NCBI GenBank assembly: GCA_041661745.1
Contig: JBAZTR010000002.1
Coordinates: 132,368 to 196,367, forward strand
Source: Patescibacteria group bacterium
Lineage (GTDB): Bacteria; Patescibacteriota; Patescibacteriia; UBA9934; GWF2-40-263
Length of the DNA stretch: 64,000 nucleotides
Reading direction: 5' to 3'
Part shown: piece after piece, positions 29,555 through 41,800 of the stretch
How positions within the stretch are numbered: position 1 is the stretch's first letter
Layout of the letters: each line of letters opens with the position of its first letter
Translations under genes and position numbers: made by a program
The notes under the pieces: generated by a model
The model's input: only the letters and a program-made list of their open reading frames with translations
What the model was told of the DNA's origin: nothing
Database searches by the model: none

Positions 29555-29770
29555 ATGGACGATACCATGTTTATCTTAATTTTTGGATTAATGGGTCTCT
29601 TTATTCCGTTATTAGGTCTGGCCAGTTTAGCTTTTTGGGTCTGGATGTTGGTCGATTGTCTTCAACGTAAACTTGCTGAGAACGACAAAATTCTTTGGAT
29701 GTTAGTCATAATCTTCGGCAATATCATTGGAGCACTTATTTATTTCTTCATGATAAAGAACAAAAAATAA
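29555..29770 (+). CDS. Small membrane protein, PLD-nuclease N-terminal domain-like
   Basis: Two TM helices. LWMLVIIFGNIIGALIYFF is PLDc_N-like. Confidence 0.45.
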   Translation: MDDTMFILIFGLMGLFIPLLGLASLAFWVWMLVDCLQRKLAENDKILWMLVIIFGNIIGALIYFFMIKNKK

Positions 29771-29868
29771 CAATAATAAAGCAACAAACAGCCTTGTTTA
29801 CCAGGGCTGTTTTAATATCTTTAAACAGTTGCCAAAAGATAAAGAAACTGTTATAGTTTCCCCCGTAT

Positions 29869-29947
29869 CGGGCCGTAGCTTCCCGCCTTTGGCGGGACCC
29901 CGCCAGAGGCGGGGCAGTAGTTTTTCTTCGCTACGGCTGATAAATGT
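29869..29947 (+). repeat. 12-nt duplicate of the tRNA-Pro 5' end (CGGGCCGTAGCT) plus a 67-nt GC double-hairpin element
   Basis: TCCCGCCTTTGGCGGGACCCCGCCAGAGGCGGGGCAG..CTTCGCTACGGCTGATAAATGT directly precedes the intact tRNA. Confidence 0.85.
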
Positions 29948-30024
<77 letters not shown>

Positions 30025-30029
30025 TTTCT

Positions 30030-30881
30030 ATGAAAAAGGCATTAATAATTTCTGTTTTAATTTTTGTTCCGTTTTTCTGTTCAGCTGCCGACATTCGTCC
30101 GGGCACTGATGATTATTTAATTGCCAACGGATGGACCGAGGAACAACTGACGACAACAATGGCCACCGAGGGTCGTGAAACTTTTGCCGCAACTACCGGA
30201 GAAGCCAAGGTTGAAGATCCGTCTGGCGATGTCTTAAGTCGCACTGGCACTCATCCTTTAATCAATAATGCTTGGGGCGATATCACCGCGGTTGAAATTA
30301 AAAAGGATGAAACTCGTCAATGTTGGTCAGCCGATTTCACCATGGCCGCAGATATTCCGGCCACGTCTTCTGTTCAGGCTAATTTCTTGATCTACATGGA
30401 TGGCGACAATGACGTTACTAACAACGCACCGGAAGGGGTTCGAGCCAACACTGACAAAGAGTTCTCTATAAAAAATTCTGAGGATGGTTGGTCTGCCGAT
30501 TATCGTTGGTACAACAGTGCCTACAACGCCTTAACTTGGGCTATTAACAAAGACACAACTTCGACTTTCGCTTTCAACGGAAACAAATTGAATGTCTGTA
30601 TTCCCTTCGCCGAAGTTGGTGCGGATATTACACCGATCTGGCGGGCCGCGGTCGCGATTTATGATGGCACCAACACACAAGTTGATGTTGCTCAAAACAC
30701 CGGCTTTCCACCAATCAAGGGCGAGACTGATAACACTGTCAATCAAACATCTGTAAATTATTTAAAAAATCTATTAAGTTGGCAAACACTGGAATTTTTT
30801 GGCGGACTTGTAGTTTTGGCTGGCTTGGTTAAGTTAGTAGTTTGGTTGATTAAAAGAAAGAAAAAAGCGGGTGTCGTATAA
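30030..30881 (+). CDS. Hypothetical secreted protein with C-terminal membrane anchor
   Basis: Signal peptide at the N-terminus. C-terminal hydrophobic segment followed by KRKKK. The 3' end overlaps tRNA-Gly by about 15 nt. Confidence 0.5.
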   Translation: MKKALIISVLIFVPFFCSAADIRPGTDDYLIANGWTEEQLTTTMATEGRETFAATTGEAKVEDPSGDVLSRTGTHPLINNAWGDITAVEIKKDETRQCWSADFTMAADIPATSSVQANFLIYMDGDNDVTNNAPEGVRANTDKEFSIKNSEDGWSADYRWYNSAYNALTWAINKDTTSTFAFNGNKLNVCIPFAEVGADITPIWRAAVAIYDGTNTQVDVAQNTGFPPIKGETDNTVNQTSVNYLKNLLSWQTLEFFGGLVVLAGLVKLVVWLIKRKKKAGVV

Positions 30882-30940
30882 TGGTAATACCTCAGCTTTC
30901 CAAGCTGATGCCAGGGGTTCGATTCCCCTCACCCGCTCCA
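30867..30940 (+). tRNA. tRNA-Gly (anticodon TCC), encoded CCA
   Basis: GCGGGTGTCGTATAATGGTAATACCTCAGCTTTCCAAGCTGATGCCAGGGGTTCGATTCCCCTCACCCGCTCCA. Confidence 0.8.
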
Positions 30941-31041
30941 AATATTGTCACCACGATTTTAATCTCTAATAATTCAGTGGTCGGGGTGAATCAAAATAAA
31001 AGCCATTAAAAAAGACAGGGTGTGATCCTGTCTTTTTTATA

Positions 31042-31266
31042 CTAACCTCGAGGAGGAAAGAGGTCGGGTTTACCATAGGTGTTTCGTCCACGGATTTTAC
31101 CATTCAAACCATGGATTATTACATCTCCACCTTGATTATCGGCAATTTCTTTTGCTATAGAAAAAGCCTGAAGTTGAGTATCTAGGTGCAAGGTGTCGCG
31201 CGAATTACCCTCGCCTAGTATAGCCCAACTCCCATCTGACCTATGAACAATGTGTTGATTGGCCAT
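31042..31266 (-). CDS. DUF2188-like small protein
   Basis: 74 aa. VHRSDGSWAILGEG..AFSIAKEIADNQGGDVIIHGLNGKIRGRNTYG matches the DUF2188 pattern. Confidence 0.45.
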   Translation of the reverse strand: MANQHIVHRSDGSWAILGEGNSRDTLHLDTQLQAFSIAKEIADNQGGDVIIHGLNGKIRGRNTYGKPDLFPPRG

Positions 31267-31473
31267 ATAATTTATGTGCCTTCGCTCTAGATTCCGGCCG
31301 GTGTTAATTAGCTAATTTCTAGAGAATTAGGAATTGACTTTTCACGGGGCAGTCTAACACAAGACGTGCCTTTTGTCAATAAAATGATTAACCTATTGTG
31401 TTAATAACTTTCTTGACACACCAATTTTTATGATTTATAATAATATCGTTATGCAAGGTCAATAACGCAACAT

Positions 31474-31791
31474 ATGGAGCTGTCTTTTAAAAACGAGAGG
31501 TTGAAAAAGCTTTGCGAAAATCATAAAAAAATGTTCATAAAATATGGCTGCGACCAGGCGGAGAAAATAATACAAAGGATAAACGAGCTACAAGCCGCGG
31601 AAACCTTATATGACATTTCCAAACTGCCGCAAACCAACTTGCACCCATTGGCCGAAGATCTCAATGGCTTTTTTGCTGTTAATCTAATTAATCCTTATCG
31701 ATTATTATTTTCACCGGTCAACGGTGTTAGTAGCGACCTAAAAACAATTACGAAAATTAAAATTTTCGAACTAAAAATCAACTATCACTAA
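31474..31791 (+). CDS. higB: HigB-like toxin (RelE/ParE superfamily, 'plasmid maintenance system killer')
   Basis: 105 aa. KKLCENHKK..AEKIIQRINELQAAETLYDISKLPQTNLHPL matches the HigB family pattern. Confidence 0.6.
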   Translation: MELSFKNERLKKLCENHKKMFIKYGCDQAEKIIQRINELQAAETLYDISKLPQTNLHPLAEDLNGFFAVNLINPYRLLFSPVNGVSSDLKTITKIKIFELKINYH

Positions 31792-31794
31792 AAT

Positions 31795-32886
31795 ATGGCT
31801 GAAACTAATTTTCAACCAGATAAGGCTATACACCCCGGTAAAACGCTGCAAGAAACGTTGGACGTTTTAGGTATGAGCCAAATTGATTTAGCACAACGAA
31901 CCGAATTAACAACGAAAACTATTAACGAAATAATTCAGGGTAAAAATCCTATAACTTCCGAAACAGCGATGAAACTCGCCAATGTCTTCGGTATGGATCC
32001 TAATTTTTGGAGTAACTTACAAAAAAATTATGACGCCCAAATAGCAAAACTGCGAGAAGACGAACATCTGAAGGAAGAATCCGAATATTTAATAAAGTTC
32101 AAATGTTATAAGAAGTTGGAGGAACTGGGCTTTGTACCTAAAGTATCCGGAAAAAAAGAAAAAGTGAAGAATCTTTTAAACTTTTTCGGCATCAGCTCTC
32201 TCGATTTAGTATGTAATGTTCAACAAGTCGCCTTTAGGAAACACGAACAAAAAAAACTAGAAGAAGAATCTCTGGCGGCGTGGTTAAGGTGTGGGGAATT
32301 AGAAGCTTCAAAAATAGACACTGCTCCCTTTGACGAAAAAAAAATACAAAACAGTCTTCAAAAATTGAGAGGATTAACTCTGGAAAAGGCGGAAGCTTTT
32401 GAAAGCAAACTAATAAATGAATGTGCTTCCTTCGGAGTCGCTGTGGTCTTTATACCATACTTCAAAAATACCTATGTTTGTGGCGCTACACGATGGATCA
32501 ATCCTGAAAAAGCAATGATTCAGCTGAGTCTAAAAGGTGGACATAGTGACATTTTCTGGTTTACCTTTTTTCATGAATTGGGTCACTTATTAAAGCATGG
32601 GAAAAAAGGACGGTTTATTGAATTCGAAAAAAATAAAATCGCAAACATAGAGGAAGAACAGGCTAATAAATTTGCGTCTGATGTTTTGATTCCTCCCGTT
32701 GAGTACGCTCGATTCAAGGAGACACGAATATTTAATGACGACACAATTAAAAAATTTGCTCAGAAAATTAATGTCTCGGCAGGAATAATCGCCGGCCGCC
32801 TAGCACATGATTATGGATCTGGAAAAGCATATCGAAATTTTGAACATCTAAGGAGTAAAATTAAGTTCCGTGATAAATCCACATAA
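31795..32886 (+). CDS. HigA-like XRE-family HTH antitoxin fused to an ImmA/IrrE-type zinc metallopeptidase domain
   Basis: N-terminal HTH (LDVLGMSQIDLAQRTELTTKTINEIIQGKN). C-terminal HEXXH (FFHELGHLL). Starts 4 nt after higB. Confidence 0.6.
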   Translation: MAETNFQPDKAIHPGKTLQETLDVLGMSQIDLAQRTELTTKTINEIIQGKNPITSETAMKLANVFGMDPNFWSNLQKNYDAQIAKLREDEHLKEESEYLIKFKCYKKLEELGFVPKVSGKKEKVKNLLNFFGISSLDLVCNVQQVAFRKHEQKKLEEESLAAWLRCGELEASKIDTAPFDEKKIQNSLQKLRGLTLEKAEAFESKLINECASFGVAVVFIPYFKNTYVCGATRWINPEKAMIQLSLKGGHSDIFWFTFFHELGHLLKHGKKGRFIEFEKNKIANIEEEQANKFASDVLIPPVEYARFKETRIFNDDTIKKFAQKINVSAGIIAGRLAHDYGSGKAYRNFEHLRSKIKFRDKST

Positions 32887-32951
32887 AACAAAACTCTGAA
32901 GTCAGAAGTAGCAAAATTAAAACCGCCCCACCAATTGGGACGGTTTTTTGG

Positions 32952-33440
32952 TTATCGAATATTTCTACTTATTAATCCGGTTGAGGCCGTAAGGGCAATG
33001 GCCAAGGCGTCGGCGGCGTCATCTGGTTTAGGCACACACGACAGGTTAAAAAGGCGCGTGACCATTTTTTGCATGGCTTTTTTGTCGGCCGCCCCATTGC
33101 CAGTGACGGCTGATTTAACCTGGTTTGGGGTGAATTCGACTGTTGGGAGTTTACAGCGAGCCGCTGTCAGAGTCACCACTCCGCGGGCTTCAGCCACCTT
33201 CATGGCGGTTTTTTGGTTAACCGTGGTGTAAAGTTTTTCCATTGAAAGCAGATCCGGTTTATGCTCTTTCAAAAGACAAAGCAAGTCTTTTTCAAGCTGT
33301 AACAGCCGACTCCCAAATTCGTCTTTTTTGTCTGTGGTAATAACACCAAAATCAATGGCCCGAACGCGACAGCCGTCGACAACAATAATAGCAAAACCAA
33401 GACGATCAAAGCCTGGATCAATACCAATGATCTTAGACAT
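32952..33440 (-). CDS. ruvC: Holliday junction resolvase RuvC
   Basis: MSKIIGIDPGFDRLGFAII N-terminus (catalytic Asp). C-terminal DAADALAIAL. Confidence 0.85.
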   Translation of the reverse strand: MSKIIGIDPGFDRLGFAIIVVDGCRVRAIDFGVITTDKKDEFGSRLLQLEKDLLCLLKEHKPDLLSMEKLYTTVNQKTAMKVAEARGVVTLTAARCKLPTVEFTPNQVKSAVTGNGAADKKAMQKMVTRLFNLSCVPKPDDAADALAIALTASTGLISRNIR

Positions 33441-33441
33441 A

Positions 33442-34167
33442 TTAAGCTTCGTTGGTAAAAACCGCATCGACGTCGTCGTTTTCTTCCACTGTTTCAATAA
33501 ATTCTTCGATTTGTTTTTGAACGGCCGGGTCGTCAACCTTGGTTGTAGTCTTGGCTAAAAATTCTATACCCACACCGTCCGGTTTAAGTTTAAGAGCTTC
33601 GGCAGCATCAACGACTTTTTTTAAATCTTTTACATCACAAATAACTTGCAGACCTTCTCCAGAAGAAATAATATCTTCAGCCCCGGCCTCGATCATGGCC
33701 ATTTCAAAAGTTTCACGATCACCAACAGCACTCGAGTCAACAAAACTGACTACCCCCTTCTTATCAAACATCCACATGACACTGCCTTGGCCGCCAACTG
33801 AACCGCCGTTTTTGCTGACAATATTTTTAATCTCACCGACCGTACGATTACGATTATCAGTTGTACAACGAATAAGCAGGGCCACGCCGCCCGGAGCAAA
33901 GCCCTCGTAAATAACCTCGTCGATACTGGCCCCCTCCCCACCACCGGCCCCACGAGCCACGGCCCGCTCAATATTATCCTTGGGCATGTTTACAGCCTTA
34001 GCCGCATCAATAGCCATGCGCAACTTAAAATTAAAAGACGGGTCAGTTCCCCCTTCTTTGACGGAAACTGTAATATTTTTTGCCACCTTAGAAAAAGTAT
34101 TTGCCCGAATAGCATCGGCTTTACCTTTTACGTCTTGAATGTTATGAGAGTGAGAGTGTCCGGACAT
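33442..34167 (-). CDS. YebC/PmpR-family transcriptional regulator
   Basis: MSGHSHSHNIQDVKGKADA N-terminus typical of YebC. Confidence 0.85.
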   Translation of the reverse strand: MSGHSHSHNIQDVKGKADAIRANTFSKVAKNITVSVKEGGTDPSFNFKLRMAIDAAKAVNMPKDNIERAVARGAGGGEGASIDEVIYEGFAPGGVALLIRCTTDNRNRTVGEIKNIVSKNGGSVGGQGSVMWMFDKKGVVSFVDSSAVGDRETFEMAMIEAGAEDIISSGEGLQVICDVKDLKKVVDAAEALKLKPDGVGIEFLAKTTTKVDDPAVQKQIEEFIETVEENDDVDAVFTNEA

Positions 34168-34227
34168 ATTGAAGGGGTTAATTAAAAACCGCCATAATTT
34201 TAGCAATCTGGGCGGTTTCTGTCGAGG

Positions 34228-34686
34228 TTATTTTTCCATTTGGAAATACTTGGACAAAATGGCATGGTAAATGGTTTTACGTCCGACCATGCCAATCAAT
34301 TTTCCATTCTCGACAACCGGAACCTGATGAATGCCGCTGGCCGACATAAGCGCCCCGACTTTAAGGACCGGGGTTTCCGGATCAGCCACCAATGTTCGAG
34401 AAGACATAATCTCGGACACGGTACGCTCGGTTGCCGCCCGGGCTTCTTCTTCCATTAATTCGAAATCTTGATAAGCGTGCGGCGCTTCCATCCAATCTTT
34501 GTAAAGAGGAAAGAGCGCACGAAATAAATCTTTTTCAGAAAGTACACCAACAACCGTACCGTTCGCGTCAACCACAGGCACGGCTGGTAATTGTTTTTCA
34601 ATCAAAAGCATTGCGGCTTTTGACCATGACGTCTCGGGTGAACAAGTGTGCACCTCAGACGGCGTAAAGATATCTTTGATCTTCAT
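34228..34686 (-). CDS. CBS domain-pair protein
   Basis: Two CBS-like repeats (VVDANGTVVGVLSEKDL / VENGKLIGMVGRKTI). Confidence 0.7.
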   Translation of the reverse strand: MKIKDIFTPSEVHTCSPETSWSKAAMLLIEKQLPAVPVVDANGTVVGVLSEKDLFRALFPLYKDWMEAPHAYQDFELMEEEARAATERTVSEIMSSRTLVADPETPVLKVGALMSASGIHQVPVVENGKLIGMVGRKTIYHAILSKYFQMEK

Positions 34687-34779
34687 ATACTTCTACTAAA
34701 CCACGGGCGTGAAAGGGACGCAAGGGGTGGAAGGGTTTGAAGGGGACAAAGGGAATTTCTTTATTAAATATTTTATATT

Positions 34780-34810
34780 AAAACAACGACCTTGCTGGCC
34801 GTTGTTTTAA
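34780..34810 (-). terminator. Terminator hairpin after rpoC
   Basis: AACAACGACCTTGCTGGCCGTTGTT hairpin flanked by A/T runs. Confidence 0.5.
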
Positions 34811-34818
34811 TTAAATGA

Positions 34819-37800
34819 TTAACCGTTTTTTTCTAGGTCGGCTTCGGTCTGACTGACGTTGACCTCGCCTTCGTCATCCTCTTCACATGCGTGATGACCA
34901 AAGCCAGTGCCGGCTGGGATCAAACGACCGATGATAACGTTTTCTTTAAGACCTCGAAGTGTATCAACCTTACCGGTAACCGAAGCGTTAATAAGAACCC
35001 GAGCGGTTTCCTGGAAAGACGCGGCCGAAAGCCACGACTCGGTTGAGAGAGAAACTTTGGTAATACCGAGGAAGATTTGATCGGCCGAGGCTTCACGTTT
35101 ACCCAAGGCTTTGACACGATCGTTTTCATCAAGGAAACAATTCTTTTCTGTGATCTCGCCAGGCAACAATTCAGTATCGCTCGAATCAACAATACGCACG
35201 CGGCTAAACATTTGTTTAATGATAAGCTCGATGTGTTTGTTGTTCAGTTTCTGACCTTGGCTCGCATAAACAAACTGAATTTCTTTTGAAAGATAACGTT
35301 GCACGGCGTCTTGACCCTTGTGTTTGAAAAGAATCTGCAAATCAAGACCACCATCAGTTAACGGGTCGCCGGCCTGAATTTCATCACCGTCCTTAACAAT
35401 TAACGAGTAACCTGGCGGGATAATATATTCACGTGCTTTTTGGCTTTCCGCGACAAACTTGATGATGCCCTTGGCAATGGCTGAGATGGTACAACTCTTT
35501 TCGGCCAAAATCTTGGAACCGTCGGACTTTTCGGCCAAAACATCACCTGGCATAACCTTATCACCAACTTTAACCTTGGCTTCAGAACTCTTACCAATAA
35601 CCATGGCTTCGTCTTCGACACTACTATACATGATACGGACAATCTTTTGACCGGAACGAGTGTCGACAATTTGTTTACCTGTACCAACTTGAACAATTTC
35701 ACGTTCCACTGTTTCGATTTGCGCTTTACCGGAAACTTCGGACATAACTGCCTTGAGTTTCGGGTTACGCGCTTCGAATAATTCTTCCACGCGCGGCAAA
35801 CCTTGAGTAATGTCTTTGCCAGCCACACCTCCAGTATGGAAAGTACGCATGGTGAGCTGAGTACCAGGTTCACCGATGGATTGAGCGGCCATGATACCGA
35901 CCGAGGTGCCAAGTTTAACCAGCTTGTTAAAGGCCAGGTCGTAACCATAACACTGCTGACACACACCGCGGCGCGACTTGCAGGTCATAACCGAACGCAC
36001 ATGAGCCTCTTCCAATTCCTTGCCAGACTTTTCTACTTCACGAATATGATCTTCGGTAATCAAATCACCGGCTTTAACCAAAGCCTTTTTGCTACCTGGT
36101 AATTTAATGTCAGACAAAGCTGTACGACCAAGAACACGAATTAAAAGTGGTTCGCCAATTTCATCAGACTCGGCTTTGGTAAGTAACACACCGTCACGAT
36201 CACCGCAGTCAATTTCACGAACCACCACGTCTTGAGCCACATCAACCAGACGACGGGTAAGGTAACCAGCGTTGGCTGTACGAAGAGCCGTATCAGACAA
36301 ACCTTTACGCACACCGTGGCTGGAAATAAAGAACTCCAAGACATCAAAACCTTCTTTAAACGAACGTTTAACTGGCAGCTCGATAATTTCACCGGCCGGG
36401 TTAGCCACCAAGCCTTTCATACCAACCATCTGAGTAAACTGACCCCACGAACCACGAGCTCCAGATTCAATCATGGTATAAACCGGACCATTGTGAACCA
36501 GGGATTTCTTGGCTAGGTCGGAAACACGATCTTTAATTTCGTTCCAAATTTTTACAACAGAGTTGTGGCGTTCAGCTTGCGTTAACAAACCTTGAGCGAA
36601 AAAGTTGTCGACTTCACGAATACGCGTATCACCTTCGTCAAGCAATTCTTTTTTGGCTGAAAGATCCGGCAAGTCGGCCATACCCCACGAGTAACTTAAA
36701 AGGGTGGCGTTGCGGAAACATAAATCTTTAATAGCATCGAGGGTACCGGCCGTTTTTTCTTGGCCCTCGAGTTCAACTGAAGTACGAATAATGTTAGCCA
36801 ATTCTTTGCGACCGAACGGTTGGTTCATGAAAGGAATAACCGCCGGAATGACACTGTTAACAATAACGCGACCAATGGTTGTGACAGTAATCTGACTTTC
36901 ATCCTTCATGCCTTCCTTTAAGCTGCCGCGCAAACGAATCCATTCACGCAAACCGATCTTCTTTGTTTCGTAAGCGTAACGAGCATCGGACACGCTGGCA
37001 AAAGCCTTCATGTCTTTTTCTTCTGGCTTATCGGCAGTCATAGACATGCAATAAGCTGTCCAGGCCAAATCACGACCAGGCGTGGCCACTGGGCCGCCGT
37101 GGGCTGGTTTCAACAAGTTCTTGGTAGCCATCATCAAATCACGAGCTTCGTTCTTGGCTTCCTCGGTCAACGGAACGTGAACAGCCATCTGGTCGCCGTC
37201 GAAGTCAGCGTTAAAAGCGTCGCAAACTAGCGGGTGAATTTGAATTGCTTTACCTTCAATCAAAATCGGTTGGAAGGCTTGGATACCGAGACGGTGCAAG
37301 GTTGGGGCGCGGTTTAACATGACATAAGCGTCTTTGGTAATTTCTTCCAAAATGTCCCAAGTCTCAGGATGATCGCCTTCAATAAAACGGTTAGCTGAAC
37401 GAATGTTGTGAACAAACTCGCGTTCAATTAACTTGGCAATAACAAACGGTTTAAAAAGTTCCATGGCCATGGTCTTTGGCAAACCGCATTGATTCATGCG
37501 GAGGTGTGGACCAACAACAATAACCGAACGACCAGAATAGTCGATACGTTTACCAAGCAAGTTTTGACGGAAACGACCCTGTTTACCCTTCAAGAAATCA
37601 GCCAAAGATTTTAACTGACGCTTTTTGCCGGTGGCGGCCAAAACCGTTTTGGAATGTCGGGCGTTGTTATCAATAAGCGAGTCAACGGCTTCTTGCAGCA
37701 TGCGCTTTTCGTTTCGAGCAATAACTTCCGGAGCGTTCAATTCGCGTAAACGATTAAGACGGTTGTTACGGTTGATAACGCGACGGTACAAATCGTTTAA

Positions 37801-38793
37801 GTCGGAAGTGGCGAAACGGCCGCCATCAAGAGCGACCATTGGGCGCAGGTCCGGTGGGATAACCGGAATAACCTGAAGAATCATCCACTCCGGACGAATG
37901 TGATTTTTAGATAAAGCCCGCAAAAGTTTTAAGCGGCGCATGAGACGATCTTTTTTGGCCCCAATAGCTTTCGTCAAACCTTCCTCGATAAGAACAATGG
38001 TTTCTTCCAAGTTAATGCGTTGCAAAAGTCTTTGAATGGCCCCGGCACCGATATCGGCATCAAACAAATGACCATAACGAAGCGACCATTCATGATAGGT
38101 AGCTTCGTTAACCACCTTAAGTGGTTTTAATTCCTTAAGTTCTTTATCAACGGTTAAAAAGTCTTCTTCTAATTCGGCCAGTTTGCGATCACGGATACCG
38201 GCCAAGTGTTCGGCCTCTTTGCTTATTTTCTTTTCATCACCGGCAAAGCGTTGTGCCAAACGATCGACATCACGGCTGTATTCGCCTTCGATCATTTTCT
38301 TCTTACTCTTATACTCCTGCTTAACTTGTTCCAAGGTTTGTTCCTTGGCGGCTTCGTTAACATCGGTAATTAAGTAGCTGGCAAAATAAATAACCTTTTC
38401 AAGCGACTGCACCGACATATCAAGAACTGTCCCGATTTTGCTTGGCAAGCCACGCAAAAACCAAATATGGCTGACTGGCGCGGCCAATTCAATGTGACCC
38501 ATGCGTTCGCGACGAACAATCGAATGAGTAACTTCCACGCCGCATTTGTCGCAGACGATTCCTTTAAAACGAATCTTTTTGTATTTACCGCAATAACACT
38601 CCCAGTCTTTGGAAGGTCCAAAAATTTCTTCGGCAAAAAGTCCGTGCTTTTCCGGTTTCTGAGTACGATAGTTAATGGTTTCCGGCTTGGAAACTTCCCC
38701 ATAGGACCAGTTGCGCATTTCTTCCGGCGAAGCCAGACGAAGACGAATGGCGTCAAAGTCCGTGGTTTTTAAGGTGTCGAGTTTCTGAAACAT
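34819..38793 (-). CDS. rpoC: DNA-directed RNA polymerase subunit beta'
   Basis: 1324 aa. [12 protein letters not shown] catalytic motif. Zinc-ribbon cysteines. Confidence 0.95.
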   Translation of the reverse strand: MFQKLDTLKTTDFDAIRLRLASPEEMRNWSYGEVSKPETINYRTQKPEKHGLFAEEIFGPSKDWECYCGKYKKIRFKGIVCDKCGVEVTHSIVRRERMGHIELAAPVSHIWFLRGLPSKIGTVLDMSVQSLEKVIYFASYLITDVNEAAKEQTLEQVKQEYKSKKKMIEGEYSRDVDRLAQRFAGDEKKISKEAEHLAGIRDRKLAELEEDFLTVDKELKELKPLKVVNEATYHEWSLRYGHLFDADIGAGAIQRLLQRINLEETIVLIEEGLTKAIGAKKDRLMRRLKLLRALSKNHIRPEWMILQVIPVIPPDLRPMVALDGGRFATSDLNDLYRRVINRNNRLNRLRELNAPEVIARNEKRMLQEAVDSLIDNNARHSKTVLAATGKKRQLKSLADFLKGKQGRFRQNLLGKRIDYSGRSVIVVGPHLRMNQCGLPKTMAMELFKPFVIAKLIEREFVHNIRSANRFIEGDHPETWDILEEITKDAYVMLNRAPTLHRLGIQAFQPILIEGKAIQIHPLVCDAFNADFDGDQMAVHVPLTEEAKNEARDLMMATKNLLKPAHGGPVATPGRDLAWTAYCMSMTADKPEEKDMKAFASVSDARYAYETKKIGLREWIRLRGSLKEGMKDESQITVTTIGRVIVNSVIPAVIPFMNQPFGRKELANIIRTSVELEGQEKTAGTLDAIKDLCFRNATLLSYSWGMADLPDLSAKKELLDEGDTRIREVDNFFAQGLLTQAERHNSVVKIWNEIKDRVSDLAKKSLVHNGPVYTMIESGARGSWGQFTQMVGMKGLVANPAGEIIELPVKRSFKEGFDVLEFFISSHGVRKGLSDTALRTANAGYLTRRLVDVAQDVVVREIDCGDRDGVLLTKAESDEIGEPLLIRVLGRTALSDIKLPGSKKALVKAGDLITEDHIREVEKSGKELEEAHVRSVMTCKSRRGVCQQCYGYDLAFNKLVKLGTSVGIMAAQSIGEPGTQLTMRTFHTGGVAGKDITQGLPRVEELFEARNPKLKAVMSEVSGKAQIETVEREIVQVGTGKQIVDTRSGQKIVRIMYSSVEDEAMVIGKSSEAKVKVGDKVMPGDVLAEKSDGSKILAEKSCTISAIAKGIIKFVAESQKAREYIIPPGYSLIVKDGDEIQAGDPLTDGGLDLQILFKHKGQDAVQRYLSKEIQFVYASQGQKLNNKHIELIIKQMFSRVRIVDSSDTELLPGEITEKNCFLDENDRVKALGKREASADQIFLGITKVSLSTESWLSAASFQETARVLINASVTGKVDTLRGLKENVIIGRLIPAGTGFGHHACEEDDEGEVNVSQTEADLEKNG

Positions 38794-38805
38794 ATTTATA
38801 TAAGA

Positions 38806-41800
38806 TTAGGCTTTTTTGAGAGCACGAGCTTTCTTTTCCTTTTCCTCGGCCAACTCGACAACTTGGCCGTTCTTCATAAGTTCAACACCTAAACACAAGC
38901 CTTTAAGTTCGCGTAAAAGCACGTTGAACGATTCTGGAATATTAACTTTTCTGATGGTCTCGTTTTTAATAATTGATTCGTACGCTTTGGAACGGCCGGG
39001 CACGTCATCTGATTTGATTGTCAAAATTTCTTGCAAGGTATGTGCCGCGCCATAAGCTTCAAGGGCCCAGACTTCCATTTCACCAAAACGCTGACCGCCA
39101 AATTGGGCCTTACCACCAAGCGGCTGCTGAGTAATGAGTGAGTACGGACCAGTGGAACGCTGGTGAATCTTGTCCTCGACCATGTGGTTAAGTTTCAACA
39201 TGTACATGTAACCAACAGTGACCGGATTGGCAAAAGCCTCGCCAGAGCGACCATCGTGCAAAATCAACTGACCGGACTTGGGGAAACCGGCTCTTTCCAA
39301 TTCATCACGAATTTCAATTTCCTTGACTCCGTTCAAAACCGGAGTAGCCACCTTATAACCAAGAGCGTTGGCGGCTAACCCTAAATGTGTTTCCAAAATC
39401 TGACCAAGGTTCATACGAGAAACAACGCCGAGTGGTGTCAAAATAACATCAACCGGGGTGCCATCCTCAAGGAACGGCATGTCTTGAACCGGAACCACTT
39501 TTGAAATAACCCCTTTGTTACCGTGACGACCGGCAACCTTGTCACCAACCTGAATCTTACGAAGATCGGCCACGGCCACCTGAACCGACTTCACCACGCC
39601 CGGCGGAAGTTTGTCGCCAGATTCGCGAGAGAAGACTTTAATGTCAACCACCTTGCCGTGTTCACCGTGTTCCAAATACATGGAAGAGTCACGAACATCA
39701 CGAGCTTTTTCACCAAAAATGGCGCGCAACAATTTTTCTTCAGCGGAAAGTTCGGTCTCGCCTTTCGGAGTGATTTTACCAACCAAAATGTCGCCGGATT
39801 TAACTTCAGCACCAACACGAATAACACCTTCGGCATCAAGATTTTTTAATTTCTCTTCCGAGACATTAGGGATGTCACAAGTTATGACCTCGGAACCTAA
39901 TTTAGTATCTCGAACATCAAGGGTGTAATTTTCAATATGAACTGAGGTAAAACGATCATCGTGCACCATGCGTTCATTAATGATTACGGCGTCCTCGTAG
40001 TTATAACCTTCCCACACCATGAAAGCGACGAGGGCGTTTTGTCCCAAAGCCAACTCACCTTTTTCAACAGCTGAGGAGTCGGCAATCAAATCGCCTTTTT
40101 TAACCTTATCCCCGACATCAATCGAAGGAACTTGGTTAATACAAGTTGAAGCGTTTGAACGCAAGAACTTATTAAGACGTTGAACATGAACATTATCTTT
40201 TTTATCAGTAATTTCAATGCGATTACCATCAACAGCAGTAACCGTGCCTTCAGCATCGGCCAAAACTACGTGACCGGAATCGCGTGCCGCCCGTCTTTCT
40301 GACCCGGTGCCGACAATCGGCGACTGTGGTTTGATGGTTGGCACAGCCTGACGTTGCATGTTCGTACCCATGAGAGCACGAGTAGCGTCGTCGTGTTCCA
40401 AAAACGGCACGAGTGAGGAACCAATAGACACGATTTGTTTGGAAGAGACGTCAACGTAGTCGACTTCTTCGACTGGAACAATTTGTGGCTCGCCAAATTT
40501 ACGAGCACTGACAAAATCGTCGACAATGAAACCTTCGGCATCCATTTTAATGGTGGCCGGAACGGTAACATGCTTGTCTTCCTTAAAAGCGTTGATGTAT
40601 TCAATCTCGTCAGTCACGTGCACGCGAACCTTACCCTTCTTGTCAGTAATTTTTTCGGTTTTGCGATAAGGTGTTTCGATGAAACCGTATTTGTTAACCA
40701 CGGCATAGCTGGCCAGCTGGCCAACCAAACCAATGTTTGGACCTTCTGGGGTTTGAATCGGGCAAATACGACCGTAGTGTGTTGGGTGAACGTCGCGAAC
40801 TTCGAAACCAGCGCGTTCGCGGGAAAGACCGCCCGGACCCATGGCTGATAAACGACGTTTGTGTTCCAATTCGGACAACGGATTCATTTGGTCCATGAAT
40901 TGCGACAACTGTGAGGACATGAAAAATTCACGTACTGCCCCAATGACCGGTCGAGCATTAATAAGACGAGCCGGTGTTAAGAGTTCGACCTCTTGTGTCG
41001 ACATGCGATCTTTAATAATGCGCTCCATGCGCGCCAAACCAACGCGGAAACGGCTTTGGATAAGTTCACCAACCGCGCGGACACGGCGGTTGCCCAAGTG
41101 ATCAACGTCATCAGGATCTTCTTGAGTAATATTTAAACGAATAATTTCGCGGATGATTTGTACCAAATCTTCTTTGTGCAAAATGCGCTTTTCTTCTGGA
41201 GTAATTTCTGTCTCGGAAGCATCCAAACCAAAACGCAGGTTAAACTTAAAGCGACCAACTTTACCCAAATCATAACGATCGAAATTGAAGAACATGGAGT
41301 GGATCAAAGACTTGGCGTTGTCTGGGGTAGCCAGGTCGCCCGGACGAATGCGCTTGTAAACTTCGATCAAACCACCGTTCTCATCTTTAGAAGGATCCTT
41401 AGCCAGAGTCGATTCAATGTAATGGTTCATTGGGTGAGTATCGATGTCCTCGAATAGCTTGATGATTTCTTCATCGGTAAAATAACCGAAAGCGCGGAGC
41501 AAAGCTGTTACCGTAACCTTGCGCTTGCGATCGATTTTAACCCACATGACATTTTTTGGATCAGTCTCAAATTCCAACCAGGCTCCGCGATTAGGAATAA
41601 TCTTGGCGCCGTAATAACGGCGACCGCGTTGTACCTCGGCCGTGAAAAAAGCTCCGGCCGAACGCACCAACTGCGAAACAATAACGCGCTCAATGCCGTT
41701 GATGATAAAGGTGCCGCGCGGGGTCATGACCGGCAAGTCGCCCAAATAAATTTCCTGTTCCTTGCTGGTGTTGTTGCGCTTGTTGGTTAAACGAGCCTTG

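Noticed and set aside
34920-41693. Numerous 60-190-aa ORFs inside rpoC and rpoB on both strands
   Set aside because: They are nested within two very well supported long genes and are typical shadow ORFs.
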